Of a DNA stretch of 64,000 bases, positions 54,120 through 64,000 are shown piece after piece (position 1 is the stretch's first letter; every line of letters starts with the position of its first letter). The position numbers and the translations under genes are program-made. This DNA is from Rotaria socialis (taxonomy: Eukaryota), in contig CAJNYD010000020.1 in the NCBI GenBank assembly GCA_905331295.1, positions 248,001 through 312,000 on the forward strand. The letters are read 5' to 3'. The notes beneath the pieces are model-generated. The model saw nothing but the letters and a program-made list of their open reading frames with translations, did no database searches and was not told where the DNA came from.

Positions 54120-54238
54120 TGTTATAAAAATCGCGTCACTTTTGCCGATTAATCACGATATTAAACCAAAATCGCGATTAATGGCCACTTTGGTTCAATA
54201 TCGTGATTAATCGATAAAAGTGACGCGCTTTTTATGAC
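54120..54238. repeat. ~120-bp hairpin (mini-MITE) between the convergent ZDHHC and TPH stop codons
   Basis: The ~50-bp arm tgttataaaaatcgcgtcacttttgccgattaatcacgatattaaaccaaa pairs with 54188-54238 with few mismatches. Confidence 0.85.
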
Positions 54239-54315
54239 ACAGGAGATATTAAACAAATAATACTAACACACAAACACAGAACACTAACTGCGGAATTAAT
54301 CGAAAATGTTATTTT

Positions 54316-57300
54316 TTATTTTTTATTATTTATGTCATTTGTAGCACTATTTTGAAGTTTTCTTAATGCATCAAATATAATACACATGTCACCTTTGAGA
54401 TCCGATATTATTTGTGCAACATGTTGTGTATTTGAAACAATTTCAATACTTTGATTATACGGATTGTATCGAACCGCAAATGGACGTTTTATTGATAAAG
54501 CGAATTCTCTACAGAAAGAAAAAGATAATCGTATATATAAAATATTATTGTACGCTTTTACTGTTTTATGTTACCTCATTTTTTCTTTTGCTTCAACAAA
54601 ACTAGCTGAAACAAAATATTGGTCTTGATAGGTCGTAATTAAACATGTTTGTTTACAAACAACATCTGGATCAAACGCTATCTTTTTTGCCTTATCGCTT
54701 AATGCATGTTCCAATTCAGCACATGACGAAAGTAAACCAGCGCCATATGCACGAAGACCATCATTTTGACGACATAAACCAAATTCAATTGTGAAAAAAT
54801 AACACTAAAATAGAAATTTTATTAAATTCCAAAGACTTAAAATTCATCGATTGACTTCTAAAAATATTTTATTCTAAGTTTATTAGTGGAATCAGAGGAG
54901 ATATGAATGGTTATATGTTTGTCGCCGCAGGGCATTGGCTGAACTGCTAGCACTGATCTATAGATCAAATTGTTCTTCTTAATATATTCTATTGATCTCA
55001 AATAGCAAAAATTCAGCCTGAAATTTTAAGTATGTTTGTTTTCTATTCGATGATCATTGTGAGAAATAAAGAAAAACATAAAAGATTGATTTGTTCATTG
55101 GAACTATTCGTTCTTTTTTTTTTACTCATATTTCATTCTATTAGTCCTTGGAATTTAAATAAAACTAAGTGTTTTCAGATCATAACTCAAATGTATTTTG
55201 TAATAAAAATTATTTTACCGTTGCCAAACGATTAATATCTTCTTCTGAGGCACCAATTGCAGCAAGACCAATTTCATGAGAGAATTGAGCAAAATTTGGA
55301 TCTGCCAACAATGGTATATGACCAAGTAATTCATGGCAACAATCTCTAGAATAAATAAAAAAAGATTAAACCTCTCTTTCAAGTTGGTGCGGAGAATTCA
55401 TCTTACGGTTCTGGTGTATATGATGGATTCGATGAATGTCGTATATATTGTGTACAATGAAAAACTCGAAATGCTAAGCCATATAAGAAGTCTCTTGGTG
55501 ATAAATAACCTGCGACTGGTCGTAGTGTAAAACCAGTTCGATCACGAAGAAAACGTGATATGTCTTCTAGTTGAGGAATATTGTCTTCTCTAAGAATAAA
55601 TTCAAAAACAAAACAAATTATGATTCCAAAAACTATAAAATTTCCTAGTACCGAAAACTACATTTTTCTCTTAATAAAGGCCAATTAGCCAAATATTCAG
55701 TGCATGCATGTGTCGGATACAATCTATTTAAATTTCGAAATACTACGCCCCATGTGTCCGTTTCTTCTTTGGTATATTGTACACGTGGAATTGGATCTCC
55801 ACTAGACAATAAAATGAATTAAAACAAAATTGAAACTGTAAAATTACTTACTGTTTGTATGCGATTGCTACATCATGAAAATACATTCGACGTGCACGAT
55901 AAACTGGATCAGTGAAACCCTAGAAAACTCAAAATGAATTTATAAAATAAAATAAAAAGGAATTTTTTTGTACTGGATGATCAGCATCAAGATCAACACC
56001 ATATAGAAGGACTTTGATTGAACATTGATCTAAATCACTGATTCGCCGTGGAAACCATGGTGTTTCTTCTACTACAACTATAAACGTAAAAACGATTTAA
56101 TTATTTTTTTTAAAATTTTTGTGCCTAATTTCAATGTGTATAATAAAAGCTCATAATCTACGTTAATTTTTCGAACCTTTTCCTTTCTTATGCTTTTTAT
56201 GCTGTATTTTTAATTTTGCTAAATTATCTTTGGAAAAATCTTCATCATCAAAACTATTTGTTCGAATGAATCTATTAGGTGGTTCATGCTTTTCAATGAC
56301 TGGATTGTATAAGGATTGAGAACGATGGAATTCATGTGGATTAAATTTTGGTTTTCGAACATCAATACCAACAGGATAGATCCATAGATCGTCATCTCTT
56401 ATAACGACAACGGAACCAGTTTTCGAACTGATTGATTGTTCATCGTCACTACTATTATTATCATCAGCTGATATCATTGATGATGTTATGCCATTTATTG
56501 CTGGTGCTGTTGGCATTAAAAAATTTGATACCGGATTACGAATAAAACCTGGAATTGTTTGATTTAATGTTGTTATAGGATTTCTATCGATATCCAACGA
56601 CGAATAGGATGATGCCGGAGAATCTATCATCGGTATAATACGTTGCATTGATGTATGTTGACAGTAGGTACGTAAGCAACATTGATCATTTGAAGATTCA
56701 ATTGCTACTAGTGTCGAAAGATTTTCGGCCGCGATAACTAATTTATGTAATGATGATAGATTTTCATTCAGACCTGTTATCGTTTCTTGTAAATCAGTTA
56801 CTGCTCTTGTTCCTGATGATGATGATGATGATGTATCTATTTTTTCAAGATCTTGAACATAACGTATCATATGAATCCAATCATTGGTAACAAATATTGG
56901 TAAATATGGAAAAAGTTTTTTTTCACAAATTGTTTGAATTATTGTTAATAAACATGATGTATTTGATAAATTATCTAAACATTGCTCAATTGTTTCAAAT
57001 ACATGTTGATCAATATTTGAATCGATTATTTTCAATGAGTAATTGAGAGAATTTTGTAATCTATAATAGGCTTGTTCTAATTGTGTATTTGTAAAATAAC
57101 GCTGTAGATTTATTTCAATTTCATTTATTGTTCCATGATGAATTACATTTGATAAATAACATAAAACATTATCATAGCAAAGAACTGACAATGATGAATC
57201 ATCGTTTGATGAAATATAGAGATGATGATCCAAAGCATGTTGTAAATTTAATGATGATAATTTCAATGAATTCGATAAATAAGTTGTTTGAAACATTGTT

Positions 57301-58817
57301 ATGGATTTTAACTTACGATAAAACGGTTTTTAGGCGAGGGAAAAATTCGACTATGAATGATCCTATTTAGTTCTTAGAAAGAACAAACCTTCAATATATC
57401 ACTTTTTGAGATTCTTCTAATGAATGCTAACGCGTGAGACAACATGACGGCCATATATGTTTTCTAATAAAATCTTTTGTGTTTTAAGTACTTATTTTCG
57501 ATCAGTATTATGTGGACGTTAGACTCAAAAGATACAACAAAAATCATGCTTGCAATGTACTACAAATATAGTTAAGTAATTACAGCTGGTGCATCTTTTC
57601 ATCAGCATTCCTCTTTTTATTAGTTTTATTTTTCTTTTCTTTTTTTTTTTAATATAACTTACTTTGACGTCCGATGACTTGTCCATTATGGTCGATAAAC
57701 GGCGATAAAGGTATCTTATTGAGATCATTGTTTTCATTTGTAATCGTATGAGCCTTGGCATCGTAACTTTTATCTTCGTTCTTAATATTTTCTTTGGGTT
57801 CAAGAAGTAGAGTTGGATCAAAATCAACACATGAAACTTGTCTTTTTAATGTGTGCATTGATTTTTCAATATTAGCTTGATCAGCTTCCAAATCAACATA
57901 AATTTCATATTCAGAATTTGTTCGATGACAACGACGAGATTCAATGTGAACAACATTTATTTTATTTTCCTTTTCAAAAGAAGAAAAAGAAATCGATAGA
58001 AGTAAATTTATTTCGATGCTTATCAGTCTTAAACACATTTATTTTTGATATCTTATATTCTTACTGATAAACTTGCAAAGTTTAAATTCAATTTTAGTGA
58101 GTAAAATATATTTGTCAGATTTTCCTCGAAAATGACACATGTGAAGGTTGTTTTCATGTCTAAATGAATAGTTCTTATTTTTTTCGAAGTTTAAATTATA
58201 TTGAATGAGACGTATCTTTGAAAGAGTGTTTCCTTGTTCAAACCTAATCGAATTCATTATGCATTGTGAGTTGACCTATTCTATAAATTTGGATAAGCTG
58301 GTATTATTCGTTGAAATAATAGAAAACTAATATTCGTCAGATGTTTCATTAAAATCGATTTTATAAAATAAATATGCAAGAATATAACAACTGCCAATAT
58401 ATGTCAAGCAACACGACTCTATACAACAGATACTTGGTCTATATTAATAACGATTATTCTTCCACACACACACATATATATATATATGCTTTATTCAATC
58501 TAAGCTAGTGCATATCGAATAGAATTCTCTTTTATTTGATGTCTATTTTACCTGAAAAACTTGAAGAACTCTTGCTAAACCACCAATACGATTTTTAATT
58601 GAAAAAATAAATGACGTTGTTTTTCCTCGTCCAATAAGTGATTGTAATTGTTCTTTGGATATTTCATTATTGACAATATTTACCGCTTCTTGGTCGTCCA
58701 TATTTTCATGCAATGTTGATAATCGATGCTAAATGAACAATTTTTATTATAGTTTATAATCTCGTTTGTTTTCCGACTTACTTCAAGGCATCGAAAATAC
58801 GATGATTTGTAAGACAT
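54316..58817 (-). CDS. TPH: Tryptophan 5-hydroxylase; ACT-domain exons 58782-58817, 58552-58728, 57663-57969; catalytic exons from 56077 down to the stop at 54316
   Basis: [53 protein letters not shown]. The GYLS tyrosine and YFFT phenylalanine are TPH-type (PAH has GLLS and YWFT). Confidence 0.93.
56163..57296 (-). CDS. 377-aa ORF nested in a TPH intron on the same strand; probable alternative N-terminal coding exon of TPH
   Basis: 1.1-kb uninterrupted ORF in AT-rich DNA. The phase-1 donor G|GTTCG at 56177/56176 matches the phase-1 acceptor of the first catalytic exon (56077). Confidence 0.75.
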   Translation of the reverse strand: MFQTTYLSNSLKLSSLNLQHALDHHLYISSNDDSSLSVLCYDNVLCYLSNVIHHGTINEIEINLQRYFTNTQLEQAYYRLQNSLNYSLKIIDSNIDQHVFETIEQCLDNLSNTSCLLTIIQTICEKKLFPYLPIFVTNDWIHMIRYVQDLEKIDTSSSSSSGTRAVTDLQETITGLNENLSSLHKLVIAAENLSTLVAIESSNDQCCLRTYCQHTSMQRIIPMIDSPASSYSSLDIDRNPITTLNQTIPGFIRNPVSNFLMPTAPAINGITSSMISADDNNSSDDEQSISSKTGSVVVIRDDDLWIYPVGIDVRKPKFNPHEFHRSQSLYNPVIEKHEPPNRFIRTNSFDDEDFSKDNLAKLKIQHKKHKKGKGSKN

Positions 58818-60023
58818 TGATGAAAACTTGGGATTTCTTTTCTATATTGCTCACTATGAACGTAGATTTGTTTTGATATTGAATGAGAGAAATTGGTTGG
58901 TACAGACATCTTTATATAAGAAGCACAAATACGCAATTTAGTATCTTCTCAGGTTTCATTTTCTCTAAAAGAAGAATTGCGTGGGAATAATAGACTTCCT
59001 CATTTGCTAGGCAGTTCCATGACAGTAATTACAATCTGATATAGTCTATCTTATCGCTAAGCTATACGCATCTTTAATAAGAATAATCTTTTTTCATCAT
59101 CTGTTTTTTTTCTGTCTCTAATCGAATACAGGAATCAAAAAACAAACAGAGAAGACAAAATACTAACTGAAAAAAATAGGAATTTCAATGGCATCTCGTG
59201 TGTGGGAATATGAATTATAAACCTACAACAATTCAGCACACTCTGGTACGCATGAATTCACATATATCTAATTTTGTAGAGGAAAACATGATTAATAAAA
59301 TTTCGATGATAAAACTAGAAACATCCATATGTAATGGCTTGTCTCTTTTACTTGGCTTATTTTTTTTTTAATTTATGAAAAAAAATGTTGTCTTTGATAA
59401 TGTATTAGTTCATTGTATAGGAAAATGATTGTATGATTGAACTGTGACGCTGGTTTTATGTATCAAAGTGTATAGCATCATAAATCGGATGTGATTTTTC
59501 AGGAGAGAGATCTATAGCCTTTCACGTATTACCAATGTATTAATGAAGGTTAATCCCATTTGAATACTACTGAAGATTTAGACGGCGATGACAACAAAAT
59601 AGTGATTCATTTTGTTTTTAATTGTAGTTAATTGAGCTTATTTACGTAAGCCCATTTGAATATTGTATAATGACACTTTTTTATCTATATTTTATTTCTA
59701 AACACGAAGCGACAACTTCACATACACTCGATACCATATCTAGCTAGATATATCTGACAAAAACCGCTCAATTAGATGAAAGATATTGAAAAATAAATGA
59801 AGAGATACATGTATGATTTTCTTCGCCTTCTCAGTTAATCATGAAATAGCTGTGAACATAGCTAATTATAGATGATTCAGGTCAATGTTCTCCGATAGGA
59901 TCCTACTATCAAGCCTGCTGTTATAGGTAGCGATGAAAAATAGTTAAATGGTCAATTGGACTCATTATTGAGAATCATTGCACTAGTATTGATGAATTGA
60001 ATTATACCTGCGTCTCTTCTGAT

Positions 60024-60153
60024 TATGGGTGGCACTGTTCGTTAATTTAATATTAAGTAATTAAGTGGCTAATGTAAACGTTTTTTTTATTAATATTAAG
60101 TGTTAAGTAAAACTACTTAATTAACTCAAATTAAAATCAACGGTCCACCCCTA
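60024..60153. mobile_element. hAT-like MITE with near-perfect 8-bp TSD
   Basis: cttctgat|TATGGGTGGCAC...GTCCACCCCTA|cttctaat; ttaagt subrepeats. Confidence 0.65.
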
Positions 60154-60609
60154 CTTCTAATCTTAAGTGAACGACAAGAAAATATTATCTGTTTTGAGTT
60201 ACAGTGAACTGTTCTTATATAGAATCAAAACGATTCGAGATACTTCGTTTATGATTATGTGGTCTTTTTTTGCTAAATCTAGTTCTTTTTATTCTCAAAA
60301 AAGAATGCGACGAAAGAAACGAAAGCAATTCATCTAATTAGATGAGTCATTGGATGGTATTTAATCAGTGGCAACGAGCGACAAGCAAAACTTGAAGAAC
60401 ACGAAACAAATATGTATCTTCATTTTCTAGCAAAGTTACTTAAGAATAAAACTAACTCAATCTCATCTTCTTCTCGATGAAAATTAGTTTCCAATTAATC
60501 CACGAGTTCCTACAGATAACTAACTAGAGGAGTTGATACAAGTTTACCTAGGAAATAAGAAGAACCGAAAAAATTGCAGAATTCAGATCATACTGCTACT
60601 ACACTTAAA

Positions 60610-63600
60610 ATGAAAGCTTCAACGGATGAAATGATCAATTTCATACCCTTTGAACAACATGCGCGTCGAACAGTTAAATTTGATGATGATAAAAGTCCTT
60701 CTAAACAGACTTCAAATCGGCCGATTTCCACATTCAATGTAAACTTTCGATCACCGAATCGCAATTCTATACCAAATGATTCACAAGAAGCAGAATCTTC
60801 TAATAATCAACATATATTAGATGCTGGTATTCATCTCAATCAAACAAATCTTACAGCACAAGATATTAAAGCTCTCGTAAGTAGAGTTCAATGTATCTTC
60901 TAGAGACAAAGCTTCGAAAATTGTCAGATCAACGTCATATTGAAATGATTTGAGATTATAAGAAAATATTATTTTCCAATCGTCAAATTTTATAATATTA
61001 GATATATCGATTTGTCTTTTTTTTCTGAATGTTAATAATTATTAATAATATTCATATATTTAAAGATTGCTGAAGATGAATATGTTCCAGGCGGTTTTGC
61101 TAATCTCGAACGTGAATTGGAAGAAGAACTTCTAAATGATTTTGTCGATGAATTCGATGAAGAAAAAACACGAAGAAATCGTCATATTTCTTCCACTCGT
61201 ACCAGTGATCATATTATTAGTAGTAGTCGATCACCCATCGAACTATGGCAACGTGCACGTATTCTTATTGCTGTTCATCTCTACAAAGTATTTTCCAATC
61301 AGTTTTATTAAATCTCATCAGTTTTCGTTTTGTATTTAAACTAGACTCAAGATAAAACATTTAGTTCTCATGATAATACATTTTCTACACCAACAGTCAT
61401 AGATCCATCGAAAAGAAAAAGCATTTATGACAACAGACGTTCAACTGGAATCGATGAATTTGATAATTTAGAAAAAATATTCCTACAAAAAGAAAGTAAA
61501 GACGACCGCCGGATTGTATTTGGCCTTTCAATTATAGAACAATTTTCACTTGATTCTTCTCAACAGTATCAATGCGTAGATTTTTATGATGTTGAAGAAG
61601 GTTATATTATGATCAGTAATGTTGTAGATTCTAACCGGCCCCGATCGAAAATAAAAGATTATTCAAATATCGGAAAACACAAATTATATAGTAAGTATAA
61701 ATAGTATGCGAAGAAAAATATGCTAATATTTATTCTTAGATAAATCTAATGATAACAGATGCAAAGAATCGAAGCCTGTTGCAACGCATAAAACAGATCC
61801 ATCTATAACAAAAGCTAGTAAACTTCTTTTATATGCGATCAACAAAACGTCCTCGCATAGAATTCAATCAATGGAACTTGATTGTCCTTTTGAATTTGAC
61901 TTCATGATTTGTATTCCTATTTTTCGTTTAATTCTCGGTGTTATTAATATTAAACAACAAAAATCACTAATGATAATCATCGGCGATGCATCCCGCAAAG
62001 GTGTTTTTCTATCAAAACAAGATATATCTGACTATGTTTATAGCATTCTTTATATACACGAATCAAGAATGCTGTTTATCGGTATGAAAAACTAGTCTCT
62101 TGTTAGTGACGAATGGATCGGAAAACTATCTTTAGAAATTTCTTCTATTCTCGCTTCTATAATTCACATCGAATAATTTAATCGTGCTCTTTTTATTTAT
62201 TCTGTATTACATAGAAGGCTAAATATATATATATGTCGGAGTTGACTCTAAAATCCAGTTGCCTTTTAAAGGCAACTAGTTGTCTTTAAAATTGAAGAGT
62301 CAACTAGTTGTTTTTAAAATTTGATAGTCAATTAGGATAGAGCTAGTTGANACACCCATACCCACTCCCACACCCTCAATCTCATCTATTGATTAAAATA
62401 CTCTTTATCATATCAATAACAACTTTATGATTATACATTTTAAAGTCAACTAGTTGGTTTTAATGTCAACTAGTTGTCTTTAAAATTTTATAGTCAACTA
62501 GGATGGAGCTAGTTGACTCTTCAATTTTAAAGACAACTAGTTGACTCTTAAATTTTAAAGTCGACTAGTTGCCTTTAAAAGGCAACTGGATTTTAGAGTC
62601 AACTCCGACATATATATATATATAAAGCATTAGATCTAATACGATATTATCATTCGAGATAAAGCAAGGACATCGACAGTCTTTTTGCGAGAAGAATGAA
62701 AACAGGACACTTTAACAAATGATTCAACGTTTACTGATGAGATATATGTTAGAGACAATAAAACAGAGTTACCGTTAAAAAGAAGAATTCATCGAAATTT
62801 GAAACAGCTGTTTTCAATACTCTGGTAAACTGATTTCGTTGGTTCATAATATGCTTACCTAGTGGCAATTAAGTTCGATCACGAATCATAATGAGAACTA
62901 TCAAACTTCACTATATACTTTAGGTTGTATGGGTCGTGTTCTATTATACAATACTCAACCGCTACAGTTTACTTCTCAACCGTTATTTATTTCCGAACTG
63001 GCTAATCTACCATTTACTCCAATGGAAGCAATAATACATATATGTCATGTGATAAAACATCGAGCTGTTGGTCTTCTATCGAATCGAATTTTTGTATTAT
63101 GGCAATATACACCAAATGAAAATGCATTACGAACATTTTGTAATCCTTATCGTTATGATTTTAGCCGTTGTCATTACAATTCGAAATTTGATTATATTAT
63201 ATTTGCGTTTATTGATGGTTTTATTTTAATTTATCAAATAAATCAAATGAAACAAATCCGTCGTTGTCAACATCATTGGCAAATGATTACTGATTTAGTT
63301 AATAGTCAAAATCAAAATTTACTTTTGTCATCATCAATCGATCATTTGATTAATGTTTGGAATTTAGGTAATATAAAAATTTCATAAGCAAAATTAGTAG
63401 AAAATATTATTTTCTTTTAGAAACTCTTCAACATCTCTACCAATATAAAGCCGATGAAGAAATATTTCGAATTGATGTTATTCATGAAAGTTTATTTTAT
63501 TATCGTACTTTAAAAAGTATCATTCTTTTTAACTTAAATTTGCATACAATTCTATTTTCAATTACAAACACAAAAGTCAAATCATTAAAATTATTTACAG

Positions 63601-63742
63601 ATATGCAACATATTGCACGTATCATAGCAATAGTTGAAGATAATTCAAGTATACTCATATCACCAGTTAGTGGATGTTGTCTCAATTATGTATCGAATAT
63701 AGCTAAAAAACCGATTAAGCAAATATTGCACGATATCAGCAG
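60610..63742 (+). CDS. Large WD40-repeat protein (possibly WDR87/WDR97-like), 5' part; exons approx. 60610-60876, 61066-61288, 61345-61691, 61740-62081, 62924-63368, 63421-63742; continues beyond the window
   Basis: Chain of open exons with GT-AG introns; WD repeat HWQMITDL...LLSSSIDHLINVWNL. Confidence 0.75.
62234..62610. mobile_element. (TA)n-targeted MITE related to 8032-8496, in an intron of the WD40 gene
   Basis: TGTCGGAGTTGACTCTAAAATCCAGTTGCC...GGCAACTGGATTTTAGAGTCAACTCCGACA between TA tracts; caactagttg subrepeats; single N at 62351. Confidence 0.9.
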
Positions 63743-64000
63743 GTAAAGGATAGAGACTTGTTAGGAGAGACTCTATCTGGTTGAGAGTACTACTCATTTC
63801 AAAAACCACTGGTTTATAGATATAGAATTACTTTGCTATCGTATTTCTAGAAGACTTACTGAAAGGTTGATGAGCACTAGGACAAATACAAGTATTTTAC
63901 TTGTGTTTTGGCGAATTACTTAGTATCTATATCGAATGAGTCATAAAAAAAATGCAACATCTAGGTATCGAATACTTTTCTTCGAACTCTACTGAAGATA

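Noticed and set aside
54316..58817. Calling the hydroxylase PAH or TH
   Set aside because: [11 protein letters not shown] and CYFFTIEFG match the TPH-diagnostic residues.

Overview
AT-rich animal genomic DNA with mostly 50-65 nt GT-AG introns, a 993-nt scaffold gap (9634-10626) and short N joins. Intron size, GPCR types, MITE families, foreign-looking genes and TGTGGG/TGAGGG-like hexamers suggest a bdelloid rotifer; this is inference. Supported genes: class A GPCR (-, runs off the left end), GPCR pseudogene, two-pore K+ channel, two tandem sterol 3-beta-glucosyltransferases each fused to a GH2-like sugar-binding N-domain, Pmp3/RCI2 proteolipid, tubby-family gene, ZDHHC3/7-like palmitoyltransferase with TE-inflated introns, tryptophan hydroxylase (TPH), and a WD40-type gene running off the right end. 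Non-autonomous DNA transposons are abundant: CCCAGG MITEs with 2-bp TSDs, hAT-like MITEs with 8-bp TSDs, (TA)n-targeted MITEs and a 1.5-kb foldback. The best candidate for a new system is a same-strand 377-aa ORF inside a TPH intron. It can splice in frame to the catalytic exons, replacing the ACT regulatory domain, and it resembles the N-terminus of LINE (CR1/L2-type) ORF1 proteins. All calls were made by eye; no database searches were run.
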